NCBI GenBank assembly: GCA_040285855.1
Contig: JAUFOQ010000016.1
Span: 1,612,001 to 1,676,000 of the forward strand
Origin: Eukaryota sp. GEM-RC1
Taxonomy: Eukaryota
Reading direction: 5' to 3'
Length of the DNA stretch: 64,000 nt
Shown: piece by piece, positions 38,545 to 49,935 of the stretch
How positions within the stretch are numbered: position 1 is the first letter of the stretch
How the letters are laid out: each line of letters opens with the position of its first letter
Position numbers and translations under genes: made by a program
Notes under the pieces: model-generated
The model's input: only the letters and a program-made list of their open reading frames with translations
What the model was told of the DNA's origin: nothing
Database searches by the model: none

Positions 38545-39375
38545 AAATCATATTCTGAAAAATGGAAAATTCGATATTGTATCTCCATTCAGTCATTCTA
38601 CACAAAGTTCTAAAAAACTGATCACCATCAGGACTAATCAATTCAAAAGAGAAACAGCAAAAGGGTGAAACACAAATTTGGAATGTGTTTTCCGATTTAA
38701 TTCTTCTACTTGAGAGTCATACGTGCAGTGCTTGAGCTTTGTAGAAGCAGCTAACGGATTAAAAGAAGAATTTAATATCCCACTAACACAAGATTTTTTA
38801 CAAACATCTCCTGTGGTAAAATCCATTATTGACTGACTCGATTAAAGCCACGGAATATTAAGATCACCTCTTTTTGATCTAAAAATTCCTTTTGCACATG
38901 GTGATACAAAATTTGTTCAACGGTAAAGTGAAGGACATCTGTTTTATACATGGAATAACAAGAAAACCTTACACCATCATGAATAACTGAAGGTATATGA
39001 ATAAAGTAGCGACCACTAATTAAACGACGAAAAACACAATTAGCTGCACAAGAGTCAGTTAAAAAATTTGATAAATTTGCAGGCCACATAGCCAATCGGA
39101 GACGCATACTGAGCATCCAAGCTTCATCAGATATAAACGTAATCCAAACTCCTCATGAATTTGAGATATAAATACAGAAGGTCCATTATTACAAATGTCA
39201 ATTAAAAAATCAGTGAACTCGGGACTATTAATTTTAGCCAAGCTTATACAATTATTAAAGACCTAGAGCTCAAACCCCTCAGTCAATTTGTTTCGCAGTT
39301 TATATCCTGCAGATGGTATAGATGAAATATATTGTTTTAAAAGAGTCTCCTTTAAGTGCACAGGGAACATAGAAA
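38545..39375 (-). mobile_element. Degenerate RLE non-LTR fragment (family of 51627-53515)
   Basis: AKINSPEF, MRLRLA.WPANL, IHDGVR, MDFTT.DVC and FVFHPFAVS align with 51840-52670. Confidence 0.85.
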
Positions 39376-39575
39376 AAATCAATAAGATGATGCAAATAAA
39401 TGGGCTGTAAGTATTCTAGTTGTTGTTTTACCGATTTATTCAACAGTTACAATGAAAAGAACAGAAACTAATGCTGTAGCTTAACTGGCAATCTCAAATT
39501 GGATATGAAAAGTAGAGAAACCCCCAAATGGTGCGCAACTATACCGTAGAAGGAAATTCTGTATTTCCTTACACA

Positions 39576-40370
39576 ATGTCAATCGATGATCTTTTATCTG
39601 ATGCAAAATATTACGAGGCTTACATGAATGCACAGGCATCCATCAAACGATCTCTTAAATCGCCAAACTTTAGTGCTTTTATGGACATCTCTAACATCAT
39701 TGGAAAGTTTCTTGAGTGTAACCAGTTTGTTTTTGCAGGACAACTCGTTGAATCCGTTCTGAAGCACTTCGCTTCCCATCCCAGCAAACTTAATGATGAC
39801 GATCTCTCTTCTCACTTATTAGAACTCCTTGATTGCTTATCTCTTTCTTCCAACACAGATATATCCAAAGTTATATCACCATCACTAGACAATCTTCACA
39901 AGAACTGCCCTCAACAACACAGACCTTCTATTGCCATCAGATTGGCTTGCTGCCACCTCTCTCTCAATAATCCTTCCTCTGCACAACATGTGCTGGTGAC
40001 AGAACTCCTAGAATCTCGAGACTCCGCCATTGTTGAAGATCTCTTGGATGCTTTGTTTGATGTTTATGGAAGAATTGCGAATGAACTTTCTTTTACTGAG
40101 ATGTCTTTTGCATGTGCACGAATCATCTTGTTCTTTGCTTCTAAATCTCTCTTGTATATATCAAAAACCTTCTGGCAAATGCTTCTTGACGCTGGATTTA
40201 TCTCTTCTCAATCAATAATTAACTTTGTAGGTACAGTTCTCGAACTTTGTGATTCAACCTATCCAGACAAACCAACCCTCTTTGAAGCTCTCAAAACACC
40301 TTTTCAGGGCGTGTTAAAGCAGGATGAGGAGATTTCTCGATATTATCAAAAGATAGGTCAAGTTTGGTAA
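39576..40370 (+). CDS. GET4: GET4-like (Golgi-to-ER traffic protein 4)
   Basis: N-terminal KYYEA, FACARIILFF, INFV..VLE and C-terminal LKQDEEISRYYQKIGQVW parallel GET4 motifs (YYEAHQ; LxxIGQxFF). Confidence 0.65.
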   Translation: MSIDDLLSDAKYYEAYMNAQASIKRSLKSPNFSAFMDISNIIGKFLECNQFVFAGQLVESVLKHFASHPSKLNDDDLSSHLLELLDCLSLSSNTDISKVISPSLDNLHKNCPQQHRPSIAIRLACCHLSLNNPSSAQHVLVTELLESRDSAIVEDLLDALFDVYGRIANELSFTEMSFACARIILFFASKSLLYISKTFWQMLLDAGFISSQSIINFVGTVLELCDSTYPDKPTLFEALKTPFQGVLKQDEEISRYYQKIGQVW

Positions 40371-40473
40371 TTAGAGATGATGTTCAAAGTTAAACTCAAT
40401 GGTTATAAATAATTAGAATACAGTTTTTCTCTCAGAATCCAAAAGAATTTCAAATACAATCAGATTGATTAAA

Positions 40474-41181
40474 TCAACCAAAATAGTCTTTCCATTTTGA
40501 GTGAATTTGTTTACGCAAATTGACTGCCTCATTGAAATCAAGGCTTGATACATCAATCAGTTTTGATTCATTAATTTGAACCTTCTGTAGTTCAGATTTA
40601 AGATCAAAAGGTAAAGTTTCAGAGTCAGCAACTCGATCACTTCCTTTCAACATGATCTGAGAGCTATCCAACTGCGATCTTGAAAGAATACTTTGAAAAG
40701 ATGAAGTAGACTTATAACGAACAGGTTTGGGTATCGATGTAGGTGAGGGCGGCGGTCTTTTAGGAGTATTCTTAGGATGTACGACTGGTCTAGAAGTGCT
40801 CTTTGGTAATGGCTTTGGCTTAGGGGTATGTTTGGGGTTTGAGTTTTGAGTAAAAGACTTTATAGAAGTGGGATCATCGGAGGATCTAGTGAATAGAGTA
40901 GGGTATCTGGCTTCACTTTTGGCTAGGGCTTGTTTACTTGCAGCTATGGACTGTTGGACTTTGTTTTGAATAGTGGATTGTTTGGAAAACGCTGCTACAG
41001 AATGTTCTAAGATTGAAGCAGAAGTTGCAAATTCAGGACGAGGAACTACCCTTTCTGGAAACATTGGTGCAGATGCAGAGTAGTAAGATGAAGTAGTAGT
41101 AGATGTTGGTTCATTGAGTTGAGCATTTATAGATTGCAACGCTGAGTCAAATTGGTTGAAGATATCATCAATAGAGGACAT
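40474..41181 (-). CDS. Hypothetical S/P/K-rich protein
   Basis: 235-aa open frame from ATG 41181, low complexity. Confidence 0.55.
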   Translation of the reverse strand: MSSIDDIFNQFDSALQSINAQLNEPTSTTTSSYYSASAPMFPERVVPRPEFATSASILEHSVAAFSKQSTIQNKVQQSIAASKQALAKSEARYPTLFTRSSDDPTSIKSFTQNSNPKHTPKPKPLPKSTSRPVVHPKNTPKRPPPSPTSIPKPVRYKSTSSFQSILSRSQLDSSQIMLKGSDRVADSETLPFDLKSELQKVQINESKLIDVSSLDFNEAVNLRKQIHSKWKDYFG

Positions 41182-41268
41182 ATGCTCTAACAGTTGCCCT
41201 ACTAAAGAGACTTTCAGACAAGTAGTTGGGTTAGGTAAAACGTGTTTCAATCCAAACACTTCAACTTC

Positions 41269-43707
41269 ATGGCTTACAACCATGACTGCACTCAGCCAGG
41301 CTATCACTTTCGCCCAGGAGATCTAGTGTACTCCAAAGTAGCGGAACCTTTGCAGTTAAACGACCTTTGGAGTTCTCCAATATCCGATCAACTACCCAAA
41401 CCCCTATTCTCTCCAACTTTAGAGCTGAAACCATTCTCATCTTCCCAGTATCCTCAGTTTGATGATGATCGTTTCATACCTCTAGATTTGTCTAAACTTC
41501 GAATTCTTCGAGATTACTTTCAGTTATTTTCTATTCTTGTTGGATTATCTGGGATCACAAAGCCTTCTCATCTCTCTGAAACTTTATGGAACGTCTTCTC
41601 CTTCACTCCTCTTACATTCCAATCTTTCCCACCACTTGCTATAGTAACAATCGTTTTTTTCCTGTCTTTCTATGTCTCTATTAAGCTTTTGATGACAAAG
41701 ATCGAGACCTTCTACGGCCATTTACCTAAACAGTTCCGTAAGTTCTCCCTTCTAGCTCAAGTTTCTCAGTTTCTACTGACTTCACTTTCCCCATACATCA
41801 CTCAATCAACTCTCGTCGTCCTGTCTCATAATTGGAAACATCTCTTTTCAAATATCGACATCTCTCCTCTTTTACTTCTTCCAACGTTTCTACTTATCAA
41901 CCTTTACTTCCCTTACCTCTGGTTCAAGTTAATTTCTAAGTCTAAACCCAGACCTAAGTACTTTGATTCTGAGGGGAAGCCTAAACAATACACTAGAGAC
42001 GACTATCAGTCAGATCTTTCCAAGTCCCCTTCTCCTAATCTCTTTCTCTGTCATCATTTAGATTTGGGAAGATCGAACTACGATGTTTGTCTTTTCATTA
42101 TCAAGACTGTTACTGTGTTGGTTTCTGTACTCTTTCATGGTCATTTCATTAGTTGTTGCCTTTTTCTAATAGTCTCAACTCTCCTATGTATCTCCTCCTT
42201 CTACATTTGCCCCTACATTTCAGTCGTCAACACTGCAATTGACAGGGTTTTCATGACCTCATTAACTGTTTCTGCAGTGGTAGTAGCCCTTAATCCTTTT
42301 TTTCAAAATTCCTTTGTTTCGAGTTCAATTCTCGTGCTGATTGTTGTTAGTTTGTTTTGTTTTGTATCTGTTTTGTTATACCACTCCCCAAGATTTGTTA
42401 CTTTCGTCCGCTGCATCTTTGGTCATGTCAAGTTTTCTAGAGCTGATAAAGACTGGGATCTGCAGAGTGAACGTAAGTTAAGAATCTGGACACCTTTCTG
42501 GCACAACCTCTTCTCTTCTTCTTCTTCCTTCCTACCTTGTCTTAAGAGACTACGAGAGTGTTCTGATACTGTTGTAGATCTAGGATGTGAACAGTACAAA
42601 AAGGGATTGAGAGTTCTAACTGAAGAAGAAGCACATAACCGTGGTATTTTAGCGTCGGAATTGGAAGGTGTTGATGTGTGTTATCGGCCTGAATTGATTA
42701 ACTTCAACGGTTCATTCATTTTTGGAAAGTTATGGATTAAGTCCTTTCCTTTTTCATCTGTTTTCGTTCCTGATGAGCTCACTGATTGGTGGTTTTTAAA
42801 TGACTCTCATTATTCAGAATTAATCAAACTTAATCAAGATCCAGCTGTCTTAAAAATTAAAAATATTCGAAGACAGTTGCGTTGTTTGCACGGGGAAAGA
42901 GTTCATTTTGATCACTCTTGTGAAAAACTCTTCCAAATTATCAAAGACACGTCAACAACACGTGTCAGTGTCCCAGTCAATTACTCCAAAGGAATTCTAT
43001 CTATTGTACGTAACCGTCCTTCTCAATGGAGTGCAGGGTTCAGAGTTAGTATTAGACTTATTGATGGCAGAGGAAGTTCAAAGGACAAGGAAGTAGTGGG
43101 TGATGAGCACGTCCTTGGCCATTCTCAATTAGGTATTGAGATGGATTTTAAAAATACGGAGATATTGGAACAGTTGTTATCACATCCATCCAATGCCAAA
43201 ATCATTGAGAAGAAGTTGCCTCTTTTGGAACAGAAAGAGGCAGAATACCGTAAGGAGATGATAGAGATGCGTGCCAAGACAGAATCTGTGCTATCATTTG
43301 GATTCTGGTACTTTGTCTATACCAATGACAAAATGACACGTGTTGGTCTTGAACATTATCTTGAAAATTTCGAGCATAATCCCGCTCTTAAGAATTTAGT
43401 TTCTGACAGGAACTTTTTCGACTTCCTCTATTCACAGTTGTCTGTTTTCAATCATCATCCTGCCTTTGCTTATTGGTTTGTTTTTTGGATGGACTTTTGG
43501 GAAAATAATGATAGACTTCGAAAGGTAAAACGTAATCAACATTTGTTTTCTCCTATATGTCCTCAATCGCTGATGTATCATCCTTGTTGTAGAAATGAAG
43601 TGGAAAAGTTATTGGAAAGTATAGGTCTGAAACGGTCTTTGATGAAACATTTGGACCAGTTGTATTGTTCATTGCATCGATTATCCAATCATCCTGTTTC
43701 CTTGTAA
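41269..43707 (+). CDS. Hypothetical polytopic membrane protein with soluble C-terminal domain
   Basis: Intact 812-aa ORF with about 7-8 hydrophobic helices in the N-terminal half. Confidence 0.75.
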   Translation: MAYNHDCTQPGYHFRPGDLVYSKVAEPLQLNDLWSSPISDQLPKPLFSPTLELKPFSSSQYPQFDDDRFIPLDLSKLRILRDYFQLFSILVGLSGITKPSHLSETLWNVFSFTPLTFQSFPPLAIVTIVFFLSFYVSIKLLMTKIETFYGHLPKQFRKFSLLAQVSQFLLTSLSPYITQSTLVVLSHNWKHLFSNIDISPLLLLPTFLLINLYFPYLWFKLISKSKPRPKYFDSEGKPKQYTRDDYQSDLSKSPSPNLFLCHHLDLGRSNYDVCLFIIKTVTVLVSVLFHGHFISCCLFLIVSTLLCISSFYICPYISVVNTAIDRVFMTSLTVSAVVVALNPFFQNSFVSSSILVLIVVSLFCFVSVLLYHSPRFVTFVRCIFGHVKFSRADKDWDLQSERKLRIWTPFWHNLFSSSSSFLPCLKRLRECSDTVVDLGCEQYKKGLRVLTEEEAHNRGILASELEGVDVCYRPELINFNGSFIFGKLWIKSFPFSSVFVPDELTDWWFLNDSHYSELIKLNQDPAVLKIKNIRRQLRCLHGERVHFDHSCEKLFQIIKDTSTTRVSVPVNYSKGILSIVRNRPSQWSAGFRVSIRLIDGRGSSKDKEVVGDEHVLGHSQLGIEMDFKNTEILEQLLSHPSNAKIIEKKLPLLEQKEAEYRKEMIEMRAKTESVLSFGFWYFVYTNDKMTRVGLEHYLENFEHNPALKNLVSDRNFFDFLYSQLSVFNHHPAFAYWFVFWMDFWENNDRLRKVKRNQHLFSPICPQSLMYHPCCRNEVEKLLESIGLKRSLMKHLDQLYCSLHRLSNHPVSL

Positions 43708-43929
43708 GTTTTTTGTCTTGTGTTTGAAAAAAACTTTTGTATTGTGTTTGTATATAACTTTGTATTTAGATTCTTATCTTATTTCGTGGCAGCATAATTG
43801 ACACCTAAGTAATGTATGTAGAATTATGAAATGTCTGACATCTGTCATGAAAGTTGACATCTTGAAACCAGCATGAGCATGACCTGACACATTCTTTTAC
43901 AGTTTAATTTTCTGTCTCCACGCAATCCC

Positions 43930-44067
43930 ATGGCATCTAAAACTGTTCAAGTCAAAACCAGAGATGAAGGTCTCAAGATTGGTCCCTCAGGTGTTATGGT
44001 CTTCTCCGTTGCTCTTCTAGGAAGCGTCATTCTCCTCCATGTGTTCTCGAAAGTCTTCACTAAGTAA
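43930..44067 (+). CDS. SEC61B: Sec61 beta subunit (45 aa, not in the ORF track)
   Basis: MASKTVQVKTRDEGLKIGPSGVMVFSVALLGSVILLHVFSKVFTK matches GLKxGP..V...S......V..LH..xK. Confidence 0.88.
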   Translation: MASKTVQVKTRDEGLKIGPSGVMVFSVALLGSVILLHVFSKVFTK

Positions 44068-44553
44068 TCGCTATATTTTTCGCCCCTGTTGTACCTGATA
44101 GCGTTGTCCGTTCTCCATAAAGTTATTCTTTCCCTCCTTGACGATATTCGATTCAACTGGTGGTTCGATGCATTGAATGCTTGCGACATCATATCGTCTC
44201 TACATGTGCAATATTTGGCATGATGCTCTACAATCACAAATGTTTAAGCCATGTTTCATGTTTTCATTTAGTACTCGCAACCAATATCCGATTGTCGAAC
44301 AGATCAGTCCAAGTGGAAGACATCAACATCGCAGAGGAACCTTAAATCCAAATATGAAACATACAGTGAATATTCGAACAACAAATCGTAATCTTCAAAT
44401 GTTCGAATTGGGTTACACCCCTAAATTACACTAATATCTGATACAATACAGAACATATAACACAGCATAATCTAAGGAAGCAACACCTAAAAATGACTCA
44501 AAGATCGAAATTGGATCTGAAATATTTTCCACTTTTACGTCTGCTATTGGAAG

Positions 44554-45767
44554 CAGGAATCGGAATTTATTGTATTGTATTGTATTGCACTTTTGCAAAC
44601 TGCAACAATAAATAATTGTATTGTTGATCAATAATCACAAATTATTGTGAACAATATACATTCTTTTGTACTGAAAAATTCCATTAAACAACATTTGCTA
44701 GTATGGTGCAATCGATTTTGCAATGGTCATAGTACATTGTAGTGTTAATAATGACATTACTAGTCCATGGATTTACAAATAGTAATTTACGATCCACCCA
44801 CCACACATCTATTAGTAAAACGGATGACCATGCAAAATCGTTAAAGAAAAAATGAAACACCAAGAACAATATATTGGTACATGCTGTGGATTGTATTTCA
44901 AGTGTTTATCAAGAATTTTCACTCCTGATTCCCGATTTCTGAGAGCGAACAAGTGAATTAAGGATCTCATGTGAAAAACACAGTGTATTTCTGTACTCTA
45001 CTTAGTAGATGATCCAGCAGATTGGCTGTAACAAATGTTTGAAGGCATGGCATCATATTGTTGACTATACCGTCAAATGGGGTACTAGTATCAGAGAAAA
45101 TAAATGACATAAGTTTATGAGACGGAGATTAGTAAGATATATAAGGTAAAATATACAAATAAACAACAATATTGAAAATTCTTGCATTTGTTAGCTGGAA
45201 AGATTGTCTTACTGTCATTCATTCAGAAGCAGAACGTCGCATTTGATATGTTGTTTCATAAATTCTGGTTTTTCTTTAGCAGTTTCCGTGTTTCACAGAC
45301 TGTGAGAGTAAACAACATTATGATACTGGTCGGTGGAATAGACGAATCTCTATGTACCAGCAACAAACTTGTCGAAAATAGGATACATATAGCGTTCACA
45401 TAGAACACACAACAACAACCAATATTTCCTATTTATGGCGACAGTTTTGGATACACACATGACAATTTTATTCATTGAGTGGATGGGTGTTGGATGCAGC
45501 GGTTGATAATTGGTGCATTAACAATCGAACTTCACATGGTTGGTTCTAGGAGATGCTGGACTGTCGTCACAATCAACTCTGACCTCAAGAAGTTGTCACA
45601 GCTCTGTTTGGGTGAGTAGATCTTAGGGAATAGACGGGAAAAATATTTTCTATTGTAAGCAATATATTTTGTATTTATTGTATTGTATTGTGGTGCTGGA
45701 ACACAAAATAATTGGGATATATTGTATTTAAATTATTTGTAGTGCAATTATTTATTTCCGATCACTG
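44554..45767. mobile_element. Decayed hAT element, 1214 bp
   Basis: Imperfect TIR CAGGAATCGGAA/TTCCGATCACTG; TSD ATTGGAAG at 44546-44553 and 45768-45775; ATTGT repeats; minus-strand SIPPTS remnant near 45330. Confidence 0.85.
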
Positions 45768-45894
45768 ATTGGAAGTACATTGTCCACTCTGATCCAGCCT
45801 GAATTTCTTATGTCAGCATGAGAGTGGCTCTTCGATGATTCAAAGATGTAACAAGATATTGAAACGGTCTTCTTCAAAAGTAAGACATCTATCA

Positions 45895-47094
45895 ATGTCC
45901 ATCATCTTTGCACTGGAGGTTGTTGGTGCTCTACTGATAATCCTCTCAATTGGCTTTCTGTTAGGATATTTTCGTATTCTTAAAACAAAGAGTCTCATCT
46001 CCCTGAACTTCTACGTCAACACCATAGCACTCCCCGCAATAGTCTTTGTCACACTAGCCCCCTTCACAGTCCGGACAGATGCCATTCCCATCTTTTTGGC
46101 AGTTTCATCTGCTGTTTTGGTCATTATCATCTTTCTCTTCATCCTACGTTTCTTTATTTCCATTACAGATCGTACTTTTGCTACACTGCTTCTCTCTGGT
46201 CTATTTGGGAGCAATGCAGTAGTAGGTAGACCCGTTGTATCTGCTCTTTTCCCTGACAATCAACGATTTGCCAACGAGTTTGTCTTTTTCACACTCTTTC
46301 CATTAATTATCCTCGTAATTCCTGTAACTATTTTCCTGTTTGAACTTTCTCAACTGGATCAAACTGAACCTGAACCTCAACCACCGCCTGTAGAATCTGT
46401 CCAAACATCTCCTGGAGTTCCAAAGACAGTCATTCATCGTTCAAGTCAAACGATTTCCCTGCCGGGAACTCCCACCCATCCCCATAAGGAACATATCATA
46501 GTGGAAGTAGACGAAGTTCTCACATCAGCTGAGACTGACATTGATGAATCCCCCACACACATTCATCCTACAGAACCTCGCTTAAGTAAGAAAGATGCGG
46601 CTAAGAAAGCTGGGTTAAAGACTATTACTAGCCCACTACTTATTGCGGGAATAATTGGTTTTTTTCCTTGGGCATTACTAGGAATCGGTCTCCCCACCGT
46701 ACTCTTTGTAGTTTTCAATTCCCTTGGATTAACTGCTACTCCCGTGGGTCTCCTTGTAGTTGGTCTAGCTCTCGGTCTTTTCCATTGGAGAGAGAAGAAG
46801 ATCAACTGGTGGTTGGTGAGTGTGTATGCCTTCATTAAGCTGATCATTTTCCCCCTCCTGACTCTTCCTTTTGCTGTTCTTTATGGGCTGAGACCTGATG
46901 AAGCTAGAGTTGTTCTGTTCTATACTGCTAGTCCTTCAAGTACTGCTGCGTATACTCTCTCTAGGTTTTACTCAACGCCTTTGGAGGATACATCTAAGGA
47001 TGTTGCTCCAAGTCTTGCTCTTCAAATGCTTCTTGTCTTTCCAGTGGTTTGGGTTTATATTATCCTGCTGGATGCTTTTCAATGGTTCGAGTGA
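45895..47094 (+). CDS. AEC (auxin efflux carrier/PIN-like) membrane transporter
   Basis: LNFYV..IALPA.VF, SNAVVGRP, central hydrophilic loop, SPLLIA, TATPVGL, IKLIIFP, ASPSS. Alternative ATG at 45835. Confidence 0.88.
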   Translation: MSIIFALEVVGALLIILSIGFLLGYFRILKTKSLISLNFYVNTIALPAIVFVTLAPFTVRTDAIPIFLAVSSAVLVIIIFLFILRFFISITDRTFATLLLSGLFGSNAVVGRPVVSALFPDNQRFANEFVFFTLFPLIILVIPVTIFLFELSQLDQTEPEPQPPPVESVQTSPGVPKTVIHRSSQTISLPGTPTHPHKEHIIVEVDEVLTSAETDIDESPTHIHPTEPRLSKKDAAKKAGLKTITSPLLIAGIIGFFPWALLGIGLPTVLFVVFNSLGLTATPVGLLVVGLALGLFHWREKKINWWLVSVYAFIKLIIFPLLTLPFAVLYGLRPDEARVVLFYTASPSSTAAYTLSRFYSTPLEDTSKDVAPSLALQMLLVFPVVWVYIILLDAFQWFE

Positions 47095-47637
47095 GTTGTT
47101 AGAGAGTTTTTGTGTTTGTGATTTATTTCTGTTGTATTTGTTCTTTGTTCCAGAGATTGCCTGCCAATGTTCTTTGGGTTTTCTGAAGTCAATCTATTTG
47201 TTTAGAAAACTTCTATCCTTGAAGACTTGTACTGTTTTCCAATTTTTAGCAACATAATTTCAACAAATATCTATTTATTTCAACATCTTTTCACTCATTT
47301 GAATGTTTATTACAAAAGTGGAATTTAATCTAATTTTTGATTTCTTTTATTGATAATAATAAACTTCACCAAATATCATTAGAACTTAAAAGATAATAGA
47401 TATCTAATTAATTAGTCACCAGTCATTCTCCTATATCTCCCTTTAAAGTCACATGTTAACCAAAGTCAAGTTGGCTGTTACGTCATCACTTTCTTCGAGT
47501 AGATTTAGGCATCCAATGTAATTACATTCAAAACAGTGAACAAACGTGTGCAATCTAAGAGAACTCTAAAATCAATAGAAGTACATGCTTCACCCATGTT
47601 CAAATGGAAAGAATGAATAAAACAATCAACAGTCCTC

Positions 47638-48216
47638 TTAAACACAGTAGATTTTGAAGTGTTTTCTAAGAAGAGTGACTAAAACACTAGCCTGAGAGTG
47701 CTCAACAGAAGAAGTATCGTCAAAGGCCAAACAACGACGAAAGAGATCAGTTAGTAAGTACTGGGTATCAGCACTTAAGAGAGGGTCAACGAAAGTCAGA
47801 AGGAAGAAGCAGAAAGAGAAGTCATGAGGATGATCGAAAGTGATACGTGATAAAAGGTCAAAAACGTTGTCAAGGGACAGTGGAGGGCATAAGGAAGGCA
47901 ATGAGAAACTGTGGATCTGATCGAGTGAATAGGTAGTTGAGGATGGAGAAGGAGTAGATATATGATTAGAGAACAATCGAATGACTTCTGTTTCAAAAGA
48001 ATGTGGTACCGCAAACACAGCAGGAATTATTGAAGGAGGAAGTTTAACAACACGTTGTGGGGAATTGGCTGGAGGGATGTAAGATGCCCGTCTTGGCGAA
48101 ACCTGCATCGATTCATAGCGAACACGACCAAGAAAATCCTCAGCATCTGTGACATCGCCGTGCGGTGCAGAGCTGTATTCCTTATAAGGTAATACGCCGT
48201 CCTCTGAATAAGACAT
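47638..48216 (-). CDS. GEMIN2: Gemin2/SIP1-like SMN-complex protein
   Basis: DAEDFLGRVRYE (cf. EYL.RV..EA) and FLLTFVDPLLSADTQYLL..L.RRC. Confidence 0.72.
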   Translation of the reverse strand: MSYSEDGVLPYKEYSSAPHGDVTDAEDFLGRVRYESMQVSPRRASYIPPANSPQRVVKLPPSIIPAVFAVPHSFETEVIRLFSNHISTPSPSSTTYSLDQIHSFSLPSLCPPLSLDNVFDLLSRITFDHPHDFSFCFFLLTFVDPLLSADTQYLLTDLFRRCLAFDDTSSVEHSQASVLVTLLRKHFKIYCV

Positions 48217-48345
48217 CAGAAGAACAAGTCACGTCTAGAAGCTGTAGAGATGATAGACAAGCGGCTACTGTAGTCGATTTTAGGAGATCGACAGGTTTAG
48301 GATGGACCAAACAATGAACTTTCTCTCAACTTCATACTTTTCAAC

Positions 48346-48601
48346 ATGGGCAAAGACACCACCAAACCTAGCGATAAAACATCCACTCGTACTCACTTAT
48401 ACAAAGGGGTTCGTAACGTCCGCTTTCTCTGGAATAGATGTACCAAACCCGACACAGAAGGTATTGCTTATACTGAATCTCATCTTAGAACTTCGTGAGC
48501 TTGCCAAAAGTACGGCCATGGGCTTTGCCGTTATTGGTGGTCTTGGATTTGTTGTTAAGCTCATATTCATCCCAATCAACAACTTGCTACTAGTAAAGTA
48601 A
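48346..48601 (+). CDS. SEC61G: Sec61 gamma subunit (SSS1), two exons
   Basis: Spliced product ...WNRCTKPDTEELRELAKSTAMGFAVIGGLGFVVKLIFIPINNLL. Confidence 0.92.
48461..48488 (+). other. 28-nt spliceosomal intron in Sec61 gamma
   Basis: GTATTGCTTATACTGAATCTCATCTTAG; removal joins RCTKPD to the TM helix in frame. Confidence 0.9.
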
Positions 48602-49629
48602 GTCCCAATTTATTGTGTTTTGTTTTTGTTCCTCTTCAGCTACTGTATTTCTTGCGCACTAATAATTGTTTGTGAATGCGTATGTCATCACTCTACTGTC
48701 TGTACCTGAGCTTTGTCTTCTGAATTCTATTCATATTATTCAAACTGTGGATGGTCTCACTGTCAGTTCTCATTTGTTGTCATCTTTGTAAAGCAATTTT
48801 CCTTGAAATCGTGCAATATCATGTAATTCACTTTAAAAACATACTGTTGTAGTGGTAGGAGAGTTACTAGCTCTTATAATCGTATTTGTAGAAAACAATG
48901 ATTGAGTGCAACAGCATTAACATAATGTTCTCATATGTCACCCAGAGCAAGGAGAATATCGTCATGGTCCTTCTACAATCTACAGAAAGAGTAGAATCTT
49001 GAAGTATTTTTTATTGTTGTGAGTTGAAACGTATGTCCTAAGCGAAGACGTACTAGTATGTTAAGTTTCCGAGCATCATTATTAAGATGAAGACCATAAG
49101 GTCTAGGTTGTTGAGTAATAATGATAATCATAATCATCATAATGATGATGATGAACAGTTTTCAAATCCAAAAGAAAAGCAGCAAAGACGGGATATTTAC
49201 CTTGGTAACACTAAGACGTTTAGACAAATGTAGATGTGTAATATTGAAAGAAGCAAATGGACTTCTGCAAGATAACATATTTCAGACATACAGTAGTTAG
49301 TCTCAGTGAGACTAATTTCTTTTGACGGCGTAGGTTTTGAAGATCAATGAAGCTAATTATAGGATTGTTCTGTTGACAGTTATTGTGTATTTGAAGAACA
49401 GTCAAACAAATGAAGTTTCTAGATGAAAAAAACCATGAATTTATGGTGCGTATAATCACTTTCTTAGAAACTTTGAATATATATATTTTGATTGAGCTTA
49501 GCAACATTATTGGAATACAAATCTATTCTATGTTCTTTGGCTGATTCTTAAAGCCTTCTGAAGTGATATTAACAGTGAGTGGTAGTAACATAACTTTGAG
49601 CACATGCATCCAATGTGGTGTCAATCCTG

Positions 49630-49850
49630 CAGTATAATTTGACAATTTGGAGGACTATTATAAGTACAACACGTCAACACATAAGGGGGTTCCCAATACA
49701 AGCAAGAAAATATGTCGGCTGGATCCCATCTTCAGTTGCTTCTGTGTGGAGACATGTGACAACTCTGGAAGGAAGATGTTCATTAGATGCTGATTACAGT
49801 AAAAAGATTACTAGTATACAGTACGTGTATGAGACTCTGTATTTTGTAAC
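49630..49850 (+). mobile_element. hAT transposase C-terminal (dimerisation domain) remnant
   Basis: LEDYYK....GFPIQARKYVGWIPSSVASVWR....GRCSL resembles W...FP.L...A...L.IP.S.A.VER.FS...R.SL. No TIRs found. Confidence 0.5.
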
Positions 49851-49935
49851 ATCAATACACTAACATTAACATCCTACAAAAGAGTATAATTTATAAAATA
49901 AACACAACAATAAACATCAAACATAGAGGTTAAAC

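Noticed and set aside
48302..48601. 99-aa ORF as listed in the track
   Set aside because: Its N-terminal part is the wrong frame. The real gene starts at 48346 and is spliced.
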